Positions 25,270 to 39,954 of a DNA stretch of 64,000 bases are shown here, in pieces. Source of the stretch: Basidiobolus meristosporus CBS 931.73 (lineage: Eukaryota > Fungi > Basidiobolomycota); contig MCFE01000075.1 of assembly GCA_002104905.1 (NCBI GenBank), positions 119,341 to 183,340 of the forward strand, in the 5' to 3' direction. The number at the start of each line of letters is the position of its first letter. Within the stretch, counting starts at the first letter, position 1. The notes under the pieces were generated by a model. The model was not told the DNA's origin. It saw nothing but the letters and a program-made list of their open reading frames with translations, and made no database searches. The translations under genes were made by a program, and so were the position numbers.

Positions 25270-26711
25270 TTAAACCAAGACCTTGTAGCGCTCGTAAGCC
25301 TCCTTGTGGAGCTCTTCACGATGGTCTGGATGGGCAATGTCGATCATGGCTCTGGCTCTCTCCAACAGATTCTTGCCGAAGAGGTAGGCATAGCCATACT
25401 CGGTAACGATGTAGTGAGCATGGTATCTGGAAGTGACCACACCAGCGCCGGGCTTGAGGGTGTTGACAATCTTAGAGTTGCCAACAGCATCTGGGTTACC
25501 CTTCACGCGAGTGGTTGAAGGAAGGCAGATAATAGGAATACCACCCTCACTCAAAGCGGCACCACGTTCGAAGTCGACTTGACCTCCGACACCGGAGATG
25601 TGGCGAGTACCGATGGAGTCGGCGCAAACTTGACCAGTGATATCAACTTCAACAGCAGAGTTGATGGCGGCAACCTTGGGGTTTCTAGCAATGACAACAG
25701 GGTCATTGGTAACGCTGACGTCGACGAAGCTGACTTCCGGGTTGTCATCAATGAAGTCATAAAGAGTCTTGCTACCGACAACGAAAGAGGTAACAACCTT
25801 GCCAGGCATGAACTTCTTGTTTCTGTTGGTGATGACGCCACTCTCCATGAGAGGGATGAGGCCTTCCTGGAACATCTCGGTGTGTACACCCAAGTTCTTG
25901 TGGTTAGTGAGGGCGGCCAAGACTGCATTGGGAATGGAACCAATACCCATTTGGAGGGTGGAGCCATCATCAATGAGGCCAGCAATGATTCTACCGATGT
26001 CACGATCCTGTTGATTCATGGAGCCGCTGAAATGCTCTGGGAGCTTCTCGTCAACATCAGGGACAATATAGTCGAAGTTGTTGATGTTGATCAATGCATC
26101 ACCGTGAGTACGAGGCATGTTAGGGTTGATCTGAGCAATAACGATATCGGCAGTTTCAACGGCAGCGATGGAAGTACAGGCTTCAACACCAAGGGAGACA
26201 TAACCATGCTTGTTTGGTGGGGAGACGTTGAGAAGCGCCACGTTAGGACGGGTAATGTTGCGGCGCATCAAGGCAGGAAGTTCACTGAGGAAGGTTGGTA
26301 CGTAGCTACCGATACCAGCTTGAACAGCCTTTCTTTGGTTGGGACCGACGAAGAAGTTGTTGACGAAGAAAGCTTTCTTCATTTCCTCGAGACTGGGAGG
26401 AACGGCAAATTGATCCTTCATTTCAGTGGTGGCAGTGAGGGGGCAGCAAGGGTTGGGGCTTCAATATGAATGTGGATGCACTCGACATTCTTCAACTCTT
26501 GGTAACGTTGGGCAAGGGCAAGGGAAAGAGCACGGGGGAAGGCAGCAACGCCATGAAGGTAAACGCGGTCATTGTCCTTGACTACAGAGACTGCCTCCTG
26601 GGGGGTAACAATCTTGGGGGTCTTCTTGGTAAAGAGAGTGCGCTTGGAGGTAGCGTACAAGGCTCTGTTGAAGGAGCCGACACGAATAGCAGAATGACGC
26701 AAAGAATTCAT
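25270..26711 (-). CDS. Acetyl-CoA hydrolase/CoA-transferase (4-hydroxybutyrate CoA-transferase-like), mitochondrial presequence; apparent 1-nt frameshift near 26459
   Basis: TLQMGIG.IP, LGVHTEMF, INSA.EVD.TGQV.ADS.G, SGVGGQVDF, VTEYG.A.L.GK...ERA..IAHPDHRE. The N-terminal part lies in another frame (26418..26765). Confidence 0.9.
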
Positions 26712-27641
26712 TTCGAAACCAATGTACGTCAACAACGGATTACGCATTGAGGTTATATACATCATCGAACGGTCGAGAACGGTCTAAACCATTTAGAGAA
26801 ATCGGCACTCTGCCCGTGGGGAACCGAATTTTTTTATTTCCAGCATCCACAATGATCATCCTGAACCTAAGTTTTAAAGTGCGAGCTCCAAAATACTTAA
26901 CATAATTAGCAGAAGGATTCAAATCAAAGGCCGTTTTGGACCGCAACCGAGCTAAGCGAATCATGTTTAGAAAAGATAGCCGTACCACTACAGCCAATTG
27001 TCATGCGTATGCTTAAGTCCAAAGAGGCAACTATTTTGGACAATGTAGTATTCCTCAGCCACGCTCGTGGGGAACAAATCTATTGGAAGTAGACAATTAA
27101 TGAGCCACTAAGATCTTGACTTATTTGTTTATCAGGAACTTTCAAAAGTCCGATCCCTTCTGCTTTCAAGTGGAGCTGGAGCTTCAGTTTTGGACAACGA
27201 TGCTAGAGCTTAGGCATGGTCATTGGTTCTATGAAATACCTGAAATGCCTGCAAATAGTGAAGCTCCCAATCATGTATAAAAATAGTGAAGCTGTCAATC
27301 GTGTATAAAATATAATATACAATTCGCTCGTGTAGCGTGATGGGCCAATGGATGCCGCTTATTTTCGATGGCCGCCTCGAAGCCCGTCACAATGTATTAA
27401 CAGATATGGATAAAAATAAGACCTTCGTTGCTATCGCATGGTTGCACGCAGTTGGTTCGTGGTAACTCTGAAAACACCCATCTCTTCCAATGGCTTCAAT
27501 GGCAGTTAGCTAGCGAACGTAAAGATAGCTTACAACGTTTAGTAAAAATAGCAGCCAGGCTTTGTATAAAGCATCGAGGTCATTGTCGGCCAACGTCAAA
27601 CAGCACGATGTCGGTGACTCTCAGACGTTCGTATTCCAAGG

Positions 27642-28622
27642 ATGGCGGGCTTTGCGAGTTCAACGTTTGCCAAGGCGATATTGCTTGATTGGACTCTTCC
27701 TTCTTCTGATCATTACCATTGCATTAATCCCTAATTCACACAAGGCCAGCGCGGCCCGGCGGGCAAAATCGGTGTTGGGCTTTGATGCCGATCCAATGGA
27801 AGGTCCTCTACCCACGGTGCGCCCCGAAGAAATCGCAGTGGTCGTTGCTTTCAACAATGCCGAATCCCACTACTTGCCTCGATCCGCACACAACAAGGAG
27901 GAGTATGCCAAATTCCATGGATACCACTACATTGAAGATGGCATATATGACACTTCCCGACTTCCCGTAAGCGCCTGTATACATGACCCTTGCTGTTCCT
28001 TGATTGACAAACCATTGTGTAGGCTTGGGGGAAAATTCTTACCCTTCTCAAGTACATGAAGAGCTATCCCGAGATCAAATGGTTTTGGTGGATAGACATC
28101 GATACTGTGATCTTGGATCCGTTTGTCAAGCTTGAGGAACATATCCTGGGCAACCTCACCCAACCCAAGTACGCCGATAAGGACTTTGTGATATCCTGGG
28201 ATTGCAATGGCATGAACGCTGGTAGCTTTATGATCCGAAACTCGCCCTGGTCGGTCGATTTCTTGCAGCGGGTTTATGCTCCGGAGTTTGCTCATCGGTT
28301 TGGCTACGCGGAGCAAGGGGTTTTCCAGTACCTCTACCAAACTGACGAAGAGGTTGCCAACCACTTTTACTTCGTCAACCAGCGAAAATTCAATGCATTC
28401 CCGCCCGAGGCCTGCGGGGAAATGGACACCGTCCACACTTACCGTGAGGGTGATTTCCTTATCCACTTGGCCGGTTGTTGGGTAAAGTCACGGAACAATT
28501 GCAAAGAGCGGTTCAATGAGTTCTGGAATCGGAGAATCCCCGCCCCAGTGAGGAATGGGGCCCAGCTTACCCAAACAGTTCATGAGCCGTTCCCCACTTT
28601 TGATGCGAGTCATTCGGATTGA
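27642..28622 (+). CDS. GT34 glycosyltransferase (Mnn10/Gma12-like), type II membrane; start uncertain
   Basis: N-terminal TM segment, NK.EYA..HGY, W.KI, WFWWID.D, D.VI..DCNG.NAGSF.IRNS.WS, EQ, and HLAGC. Confidence 0.88.
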
Positions 28623-28804
28623 CATTCATCATAGATCATCTCGAGTATCGAAATAAACTGCACCGTTGTAAATCTCCCTTTATTCCGACTTTTTACAAAT
28701 AGTACAGAGATTTCGGTCGGAGCAGTAGGTGGTTGTATTAAATAGAAAAAGTGAATATTATCTGTAGCAGCGCGAAAATGTTGAATAAACAGGAAGAGAA
28801 GTGT

Positions 28805-30333
<1,529 letters not shown>

Positions 30334-30823
30334 TAGTGTAGAAAATTGGCTTCAGTCCAATGCGCGGTATGAATGAACGGGAGTTCCGACGGGTCGCCCG
30401 AATCGGACCATTCCATAGTCATGGAAAAAAAGAAAAAAAATGGAATTTTCATTTTTTCACTACGGCCGTTCCAAGCACATAGCACGGAATGCGGGGAATC
30501 TTGATTAGTCTTGGTTAACCTTGACATACTCTCCTCCAGAAGAACCGATGCAGATGGTTACTGAACGCCAGGCTCAATCTGATAAAACCCCAAACTTGAT
30601 CGATTAATCGAACTGCTTCTATGCTGGCCACTCAAGATTTTATGCATTCGTAAAATTTTCATCTCATTCTTCCTTTTGGGCAGTTTCCGGGGAGACCGAT
30701 TTCATGATTGTCGGTTAAAAGACATACTGCTCTGTGTTGCGTTGTGGTAATAGAATTCGGTGGTTTTAGGTTACAAGTAGTCGAACGTTACGGAAGTGAA
30801 TCTCTTGCATCCTCCTCATTAGT

Positions 30824-33277
30824 ATGTTACGACCGTTCCCGGTACTAACCAGACGGTTTGGTGTCGCTCCTCGCTGTTGCGCCACAAGAGTCACGTATTC
30901 CTTCAACCAGCGAGCAAAAGCTCTTTTTGAGCCTTCTTTACTCTCTGCAAAACCACGTTTCTCAAGCTATGTGGGTCAAGCTCAAAGCCATTCTATACAT
31001 CATTCTCGAGAGCGATTTCCGCAGCACGCCTCCTCCAATTCTGCGGCCACACCCGAACCACTGATAAAAGCTTTGAAAGCTAAGGATAGAAAGGCAGTAT
31101 GGGAGGCGTTCCTGACAGCAAAAGAGGCCCTGATAAGTCCCGAGCATTACTCGAGGCTTCTTACTTTACTTGGCCACAGTCGTTCCAAAGGTAGAATAAT
31201 AATAGAGTCCATGAAGAAAAATGACGTCCAATTCAGCACGTCCCAGCAATACGTTCCATTGATTTCGTTTTATGAAAGGCACGGAGAGACGAGACAGGCG
31301 GATACACTTCAGCAAGATCTTAAGCAGCAGGGCTTACGGTTCAACACACATGCATACAACACACTAATCGACCTCGTAGGTGGCAGCAAGCCTTATCGAG
31401 CCTTCGAGATTTTCCAGGCCGCCTCGAAGAACGAATTTGTCCCGAACCGAGCGACGTTTCATATACTACTTCGCCTCTGCAAAAAGCATAGCTTCAACGA
31501 TCTGATTTCCAAGGTCTATTCCAACATGCGGGAATCTGGGTTCAAGCCATCGCTGATGACCTACAACATCCTTCTCGATACCTACACCAAGCTTCACCAA
31601 TTCAAGAAGGTGGACGAGCTCCACAAAGAAATGAAGGCAGAGGGCATTGCACCAGACGTGTTCACCTTTTCCATTCTTCTGAATGGATATGCTTCGCGAA
31701 GAGACTGGAACTCAGCTGTACGATTGTATGAAAAGATGCGCGCCCAAAGCTTCGTCCCCGATACAATTGGATTCAACTCGTTGATCAATGTGCTCACCAA
31801 AAGTCAACACACTGACCGGGCAATGGTGCTCTATCAAGACATGTGCCGGCTGAAAATACCCCCAACGGTCGTCACCTTTTCGTTGCTCATCAATGGTTTC
31901 CTCAAAGCCCAGCAATACCAAAAGGCTCGTGATCTTATGGACGATATGCTCAGCCGCAACATCCAGCCTGATCACGTGCTATACAACTCGCTCATCCACG
32001 GATTTGGCCAATCGGGGGATCTCGATTCAGTTTTCAAGCTGGTGGAGGAGATGAAAGGCCGCGGGCTTTCGCCAGACGTCGTCACGTACTCATCCATCAT
32101 TCGGTGCTATACAAGTGGCAAGAAAATCGACAAGGCATTGAAGGTCTACAGGGACATGTTAAGTGCCGGGGTTCGCCCCGACACTGTGATCTACTCGATT
32201 CTCCTTGATGCCTGTGGGAAACAGAAGAACATTGAGATGGTGAAGGAGTTGCACCAGGACATGCTATCAAACAGAGTTCCGTTGAATTCGGTCATCTATT
32301 CCAGCCTTATCCAGACATACTCCAAGTGCATGCCGCTGCAACAAGTTGTGGATCTTTATGAGGAGATGCGGAGGCGCCACATCCAGCCAGACACCGTGGT
32401 ATACACCAACCTGATCCAATCGTTTGGGGAGCACTCGCAGATGGATCAGGCCCTCGGCATCTACAAGGACATGCTGGATTCGTCGATAAAGCCCTCCTTG
32501 GTGACCTTCAACGTGCTGATTGACGTTTGCGCCAAGCAATCGGATGTCTTTCGAGCATACGACCTTTTTGTGGAAATGAAGAAGTGTGGAATTGAGCCTG
32601 ACGTGGTGTCGTATAACTCTCTCATCAACGCGTACGTCAAGAACCTTGATCTGGTGAGAGCCCAGCGTACTTTCGATGAGATGACGGCGGCCGGGCTTAG
32701 CGCATCTGTAGTAAGCTACAATACGCTGATCAATGGATATGCCAAGAAAGGGGATTATGAGAGAAGCCTGGCCCTCTATCAGGAGATGATCAGCAAGAAC
32801 ATCGCAGCCAACTCCCATTCCTACTCCATCATCATGCATTGCTATTCTCAGATGGGCAAAGGGGCTGCGGTCATTGACCTCTGGAAAGCTGCCAAAGCCT
32901 GTTCCTTCCCTCCATCCACATTCAACAGCACCATCTCGGTGTTACTAGACTCGTGCGGCTACAACGGTGACTTGCGAACGCTCCAATCGACCTGGCAATC
33001 GCTTAAATACGAGAGGTTTTCCCTTGACGAGAACAACTTCAACTCTTACATTGAAGCACTCTGTCGTCACTCGGCGATACACGAAGCAATCCGGGTTTTC
33101 ACCGAGGAGATGTCACTTATGGAGGTCAAACCAAGTGTCAAAACATGCCGTACATTGCTCACGCCACTCCACCATCACAAACGAACCACAGAAATCCATC
33201 AAGTATACCATCATTTAAAAACACACTTCCCCCAACTGTACTCTGAATTCCTGAGAGAATCCAAAATTGTACACTAA
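30824..33277 (+). CDS. Pentatricopeptide-repeat protein, probably mitochondrial, 817 aa
   Basis: More than 12 tandem ~35-aa repeats (PD.VTY..LI......G....A..L...M...G) after an Arg-rich presequence-like N-terminus. Confidence 0.92.
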   Translation: MLRPFPVLTRRFGVAPRCCATRVTYSFNQRAKALFEPSLLSAKPRFSSYVGQAQSHSIHHSRERFPQHASSNSAATPEPLIKALKAKDRKAVWEAFLTAKEALISPEHYSRLLTLLGHSRSKGRIIIESMKKNDVQFSTSQQYVPLISFYERHGETRQADTLQQDLKQQGLRFNTHAYNTLIDLVGGSKPYRAFEIFQAASKNEFVPNRATFHILLRLCKKHSFNDLISKVYSNMRESGFKPSLMTYNILLDTYTKLHQFKKVDELHKEMKAEGIAPDVFTFSILLNGYASRRDWNSAVRLYEKMRAQSFVPDTIGFNSLINVLTKSQHTDRAMVLYQDMCRLKIPPTVVTFSLLINGFLKAQQYQKARDLMDDMLSRNIQPDHVLYNSLIHGFGQSGDLDSVFKLVEEMKGRGLSPDVVTYSSIIRCYTSGKKIDKALKVYRDMLSAGVRPDTVIYSILLDACGKQKNIEMVKELHQDMLSNRVPLNSVIYSSLIQTYSKCMPLQQVVDLYEEMRRRHIQPDTVVYTNLIQSFGEHSQMDQALGIYKDMLDSSIKPSLVTFNVLIDVCAKQSDVFRAYDLFVEMKKCGIEPDVVSYNSLINAYVKNLDLVRAQRTFDEMTAAGLSASVVSYNTLINGYAKKGDYERSLALYQEMISKNIAANSHSYSIIMHCYSQMGKGAAVIDLWKAAKACSFPPSTFNSTISVLLDSCGYNGDLRTLQSTWQSLKYERFSLDENNFNSYIEALCRHSAIHEAIRVFTEEMSLMEVKPSVKTCRTLLTPLHHHKRTTEIHQVYHHLKTHFPQLYSEFLRESKIVH

Positions 33278-33608
33278 CAGTCGCATATGCACATTCCTCC
33301 ACACTAACATTGCTCCCTCCTACGCATTTTTGCCACATATTTTCATTCCATTTCACCAATCCCCCTTTATCTGCAACTCATTTCTCATCCATCATCCAGT
33401 TACTTGCCTTTAGCTTTCGTTGTAATATAGGATATGATATGCGTGATTTACCCAATTAATAAATGGCGCTTCATATGTTTAATGATTCACCAGTGGATCA
33501 CGTTAATCGGCAATTCCCATAAAAAAAATATGCTTCATATTTTCAATTTGCCCTCCGACCGGCTTTTACCCGTTCGTCCAGCTTTCTAGCGACCCAAGTA
33601 TTTGAAGC

Positions 33609-34390
33609 ATGGTGGTAAGCAGCGGCTGGTTGGTGCAGGCCATTTCAGCTCTAACTCCGTTGAATCCCACAGAAAATCAACCTTTTGTTCAAAGCTGAGC
33701 TTGTCAACGTAACCGATCTTCGACCAGAATCCGACGATTATGACTGGCATTTCAAGGTTGGATTTGTAGCTTGCTGTTTATTCTCCTCCACAGGGCACTA
33801 AATGGGATGACCACGAATGTAGATCAAGTGCAACAGCTGCCACGAGGTTGACCAGAACTGGATCACCCTCAACTTCACGGAAACCTCGGACGTTTCAGGC
33901 AGCCGTGGAGAAGCCCATCTCGTAATGCGTTGCAAGTTCTGCAAGAGAGAAAGCTCAGCATGTATAGTATCGTTATCCCAACTCCAGCCTGGTTTTTGGC
34001 GTACTTACAAGAAGGAAACCCTTTAGCTTTTGATGAATCCCAGAAGGTTCGACCATACACCATCGACGACTCAGGATCCTTTGCCAGACTGGTTACTCTG
34101 GATTGCCGTGGCCTCGAACCTGTGGAATTCGAGCCTAGAGTAAGTTCTATATTGCGCATCCTCTCTGAGTTGCGAACTAAGTTTTTTGGACCAGGATGGC
34201 TGGGTATGCAAGGGAGCCGAGTCCAATACTCCCTTCCAAGAGATCGACTTGACTGACCAAGAATGGGCAGATTACGATGATAAGGTAGGTAACCTAGCGG
34301 ACTCTTATTCCAACGGTCTACTAACGAACTATTTAGGCCAACGACGAGGTTAGTATCATGGAAATCGAGGCGAAGTTCGAAAAAGCATAA
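33609..34390 (+). CDS. CXXC zinc-binding protein (DUF866/CZIB family), multi-exon
   Basis: LFKAELVNVTDLRP, KCNSCHE, GSRGEAHLVMRCKFCKRE, LDCRGLEP.EF, W.DYDDK. Confidence 0.88.
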
Positions 34391-35082
34391 TCATGGTCAA
34401 GCGAAGAGCAAACGGCACATTCATCAATAAACTGAATGAAGAATAATCGAGATTATCGATGGTGGATAGAGACCAATGCACCCGCTCTAACACTGCAAGA
34501 TGCAAATGTTATAGTTCGGAACCTGGTGTTATCCTTTTATTTATCTAGTACGAAACATGGGGTGTATTCGCACTGGCTATTTTGGCTGGAGTGTCTTGTG
34601 CTTATGGTTTGGCCGAAAGGTTGCTTAAATAAATAGTGATATATATATATATATGCTTAAGTAATAGTGTTATATATGCATATGGGTTGCTCTATTTCTA
34701 TAATTGACAGGTGACGTGTGAGATGGTCGAGTCTTAGCCAAAGTGAGTCTGGCTAAGGGGAGTTAAAATGCGTTCCCATCACAGACCCGTGTTTGCGACA
34801 AGCGAGAACCGCGAAATATATCAACAACACAGTAATCAATCCATCTATCTATGTTTATCAATTTTTTCTCATTCGATATAGCAATGCAATTGTTGTGAAA
34901 TTATGACCTTGACTCTACTTAATTTAGTCAAGTACTCCGAGTTTGCCTATCCTCTAGAACTCACCTTCGCCGAGGGAATTTCTCTGAACATTTGCTCAGC
35001 TTTTCGTTTCCAAAGTTACCCGAAAGCTTCTTTTTTTGGCCATATATTTCAGTTCTCCAGGATACACTGATCAAACCCCGAG

Positions 35083-36134
35083 ATGGTCTTATACAAGTTG
35101 GTTGTTCTTGGTGATGGTGGTGTTGGAAAGGTAGTGAGTTCGTCTGTTATGGAATCGTGTTTCTTGCCATATGCACTAGTCTCTTACGTTACAAGTTGGC
35201 CAGACACTAACTATAATACCCCTTCCTCTAGACGGCGCTTACTATTCAGGTTGGTCTTTAAGATGAAGTTGGTCGAAGTCTTACCATCGTGAGCTATACT
35301 TTAACCTTCCCATTATATTTCGTCTACTTTTCGGGTTTTTTGTCGTAACAGCTGTGCTTAAATCATTTCGTGGGTCAGTAGATATGTATTTCAAATGCAT
35401 ATGCTTTTGCTGGTCTAATCGATTCTTCTTCCTCGAAAACCATGCTTTTTGATATACAGAGGTATTTCGACGTGCTGATCTCTTTAATCTTGCGTTGTGA
35501 TATTCATTTTTCTCTCTTGCTACAACAGACATACGATCCCACTATAGAAGATTCCTACCGTAAACAGGCCGTCATCGACGATCAGTCGTGTATGCTTGAG
35601 GTGCTCGATACCGCGGGCCAAGGTAAGACAAAGCTCTGACCGGGTTTGTATTTAGTCGTCAGTAGGTTAACTTCGTTCCCCAGAGGAATACACCGCATTG
35701 CGAGACCAGTGGATTAGGTCAGTAGTTTGATATCACATTTTTAATTCAGCCGTCTTGGTGACTTATCGCTTATCAGAGATGGAGAAGGGTTTTTGGTGGT
35801 TTATTCCATTTCTTCACGTTCTACGTTCGAACGTGTAGAAAGGTTTAGAGACCAAATCATTCGCGTCAAAGATACCGAAAGGGTCCCAGTAATGCTAGTA
35901 GGAAACAAATGTGACAAGATCAACGAGCGAGAGGTTTCTAAAGAAGAGGGGCTTGGGATGGCACGGAGACTTGGCTGCGAGTTTATCGAAACTTCAGCAA
36001 AGACATCAGTGAATGTCGAAAAATCCTTCTACACCATCGTACGAATGATCCGTGCCGCGCGGGAAGGTAGCCAAAGGGTCGGAAACAATCCTAGCGAGAA
36101 AAAGAAGAAGAAAAGCAAATGCCTCATCTTGTAG
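35083..36134 (+). CDS. RAS2: Ras small GTPase (fungal Ras2/RasB type), 7 exons including a 2-nt microexon
   Basis: [12 protein letters not shown]|TALTIQ|[32 protein letters not shown], and CAAX box CLIL. Confidence 0.95.
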
Positions 36135-37881
36135 CAGTAGTGTCTCGCCACTCCTAGAGACTTCCTCATCTTACCTCGTTTACCACCCTTTCCCCCAACA
36201 AAAAGCTTTTGCTTGATCTCTACCTCAACAATGCTATCCAAGTGGGTGACCAATCCCTCCCTACATCCTCTTCAAGTTTCAACCGCCCAACCTGACCTGA
36301 CCTTGTCCCGAGTGAAGATTGTTCCCCGTGCATGGATTTTGTTGATCTATCTTTTGTCCATTCAGCTTTCTTCCCCACTCTAGCGCCATTTGTTAATTTA
36401 TCTCCGTATGAACAAAGTGTTTGATAGTGTTCTAATGTCGGCAAATAGTAATATTCGAGCAAATCGTGTGGCCATTGTCCGTTGCGGAAGTGGCATCAGT
36501 GTAGCTATATCACACGAGCATTTGTTGTGGTGATCTCTTTGTGTGAAGTGATCAGATAAATCATTTGTTTGAAGGACGTCGGAATAAGAAAATGATCATC
36601 CGTGGCCCCTTCTGTAGTTCGCCAAACCCGTCAAGCGATAGGGAGGGGCGGGCGACCATGCAGGCAAATTAGGAATCGCTCGTGGTTAAGGGGTCAGGTA
36701 TTTATTTAGCTCGCATTGTTTCCATTATCAAGGACCCGGTGTCATTATACTCGCGACGCTTCTTTGTGACAATTTGGATTGTTGGCGTTTGCGAACACAT
36801 GGAATGATTACTGCTGGCCTGGGAATGGCATGATGAAACAAGGTGATGTTCCAAATCAGGACGGTGGCCCCCTTTTCTCCTCTACCGGTGGCCCCTAAAA
36901 GACATCAGGTGTTGTCGATGCTAGCATATTAACGTCTCAGGGGGAACGCAACAGCCAATGAGAGCCTCCACACCCGGCCTCCAGACGAGTCGTGCCCAAG
37001 CAGCGACCGAGCCTCTTAAACCGCTGCTGACAATATCGCAGATCGAACAATAACGCTGGTTCCAAAATGGAAATGAGCCAGCATTATCGATTCGTGACTG
37101 TCATGGCTCGACCAATGGCCGGAATTGGGACTTTGTTCGCTGGCTAAGCCATCACCTGGTTGGTGATACACAATCCGTACTGCACATGATCCTCTCATCG
37201 AGATGTGTCGGGTTTTTTCTCAAACGATTCATTTGAAAATCGAAAGTACAAGCCCCTTCGAGTCATGCACTTCAAAATCCCGACGCTGAACACTGCAGGG
37301 AAAAGGGGCCCATTTTCTCGAGAAGCAGCGGATCACGTTACTCCATGACGAACACCTCCATCCTCGGCGAGGATTCATCTCCCAGTCCATCGAATGCCAT
37401 GTCTTGGTGATGAACGCCAGCCACCCCATGCCCACCACCAGGTGGAAAATTTCCGTTGATTAGAGTTTGATAAAATTCTCCTCGATGACCAAGCAATCCC
37501 AGTCAAACCATTAGCTGTACAGCAAACAGGTTCTATTTTCTAGTAAGTCGCATCGAATTAACAAACAGGTTCCTGATCCAAATTCGACACCACACTTGAC
37601 ATTCCTAAATTCCCTTGATATAGAGAGCAGCCCCTCACCCAGGCTCGCTCATTAAGCTCTAATCAGACCCCTAATTCGACGCATCCTCTCTGAGATCCAA
37701 CATCAGCATATCCCTAGATGTAGCAGGTTCATGTTCTCGGATTCAGAATCGCCTATATAAGCCGCTGCTACCCCTCAATATCCCTCAGATCCTCGAATAT
37801 TTATCTCTGAGCTTCGTGACCCACCTGATTGTTTTGGGCACCACCTTCCCATCACGTTCTTCTGCCTCCTGATAGAATATT

Positions 37882-38948
37882 ATGAATTCTCCTGTTGTCG
37901 CCACCTCCCACGTACCCTTTCCCTCGGATAAGCATAAAGTCCACTGCGCGAAATACTCCACCTCGCTGGACCCGAGAGGGTATATCCCTGTGTACGAGTT
38001 TACATTGAATGAGCAGCCCATCCTGTGGGACAGAGAGACCGGTTACGTTTACTGGACTGGCATTTGGAAGGCCATTGGCCGGGAGAAGAGTGAGATTGCC
38101 AAGCTGGTCGACTCCAACCCCGAGCTGTCCAAAGATGTCAAGAAGATCCGTGGGGGATTTTTGAAAATCCAAGGCACATGGTAAGCAGCCGTATTCCCTT
38201 CTCCGTCAGTCCACGCGGGATACTCACCTCCTCCCCCTTTCCCCTTAGGCTTCCCTTCGACCGTGCTTACGAGTTGGCCACGAGGACCTGCTGGTACATT
38301 TCGGAGGATCTGGTCCCGGTGTTTGGTCCCCAGTTCCCCAAGGATGTCCTAGACCCGTCCCATCCTAACTCCTCATCCCGTGTCCCCATGTCTATGGAGG
38401 AGCGGAAGAGCAAGGCCGCCGAAATCGCCCTTGCGAAACAAAAGGCAAAGATATCCAAGGCTGGCATGGTCAGTCCCCCTGAAACACCCAATCTCAGTGG
38501 AGAAGAAGGCTATACACCAAAGAAAGCCCCTGGCGCTCCAAAACGCAAGAGAGACACCAGCAAGAAGTCCCCCAAGAGCACGGATGACGCCGACAAGGAC
38601 TTCATCTCGGTGCTTACCAATGGAGTCAACGGGTCTTCCATTGCATACCAGACCCCAGTGACCTACACATTCCACGCATCGATCTTCCCAAAAAAGTCCG
38701 GAATCATCAGATCCAAGCAGCCCAAGCGTAGACGGGTCATGGACGAAAACTACAACACCAAATTCGTGGAAGATCCCAAGGAGCTGAACGATGCAGTGAT
38801 TGCTAGCCTGTGTCTGCAGAAACTCTCCCAGGATGACGGCTCTCGCCCGCTGAATGAGATAGTATGCGTGGCGCCCACATCATTTCTTATCGGGAAGCAC
38901 GAGTTCCGCTTTATCAATGAGCAATACCGCTTGAAAGCGCAATGCTGA
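37882..38948 (+). CDS. APSES/KilA-N DNA-binding protein (Xbp1-like), 2 exons
   Basis: WDRETGYVYWTGIWKA, KKIRGG.LKIQGTW|LPF..A..LA.RTC..I...LVP.FGP.FP. Confidence 0.88.
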
Positions 38949-39954
38949 AGGATCCGCGATTCGCACCAGCTCTCCAACCGCCCCCCTCCAATGCGGCCAG
39001 TTTATTGGCCGTTGGGTATTTACGATGCTCCGACATACTGTTCCCCTCGAATGTTACCTTACATCATCCTTCATAATCATAATCCTGCAGGAGAGGCTGG
39101 TAGTTCCCCTCTATTTCGCTTTCCAGAGCTATTTTGTTGACCAGTTGAGGAAATGTTCACGTTGTATATAGCGCTCTCCCTTCCTCCCCTCCCCCACCTC
39201 CGGCAGGGAAGATACCAAACCCTCCTTTCAAAAATTTAGACCTTTCAATGGCCCTTCCACTAGAAATCTATATACCTTTCGTCGGATTAGTGTGACGATA
39301 TGAGCCCGAGACCAACCTTCCCTATCTTCATCTCGCATGGTGCTTCTTTTCAAGATATTGTCAGTTTAGTTTAGAAAACGTTTCGGAATATATAAAAGTA
39401 CTGGAAAGAACATGGATTCCCCAATATTGGCACACCGGTATGGAGCCTGTGTCGTCGGGACAAATGCTATGGCTCACGCGGGACACATCCCACAGGATCT
39501 CTCCGAAGCCCACCGCCAGCTCATACCAGATTCCATCAGGATTCCTTGGTAAATGCCTGGACACCTGCGACAATCCCTGTATGGATAGAAAACCATGGAA
39601 TTTCCCGCACCACCGGGACAAAATAGGAAAGCCGTTTGATGGGGAATCGAGAGGAAATCCTGGCTTATCTGTCACGTAACGTGCACGGAGAAATCCATTG
39701 GATGAAAATGAACCAATTCGGTGGAGAATAGAAACACTATATATACCATGGTTTGGGACATTTATCCATCAGCACGGCCAATTCGAGCGCTCCCAAATAG
39801 GGGGAGATTTTGAGAAATGGGTCACTAAAAAAAAAGTCTACTACCAGGGGAATGGGGGCAGAGCAGGGGATGAAAAAATTGTTGGCTTTAAATTAACCAT
39901 TGGATGCGTCATGGGCCTGCCACTGTTCTCACTAGAGTAGTTCACTTATTCAAC

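Noticed and set aside
25579-26469. 296-aa ORF on + (similarly 16319..16897 and 32267..32839)
   Set aside because: Antisense shadows of codon-biased or repetitive real genes.
36200-37880. Long intergenic region with short ORFs
   Set aside because: No recognisable protein or RNA motif; probably regulatory DNA of the APSES gene.
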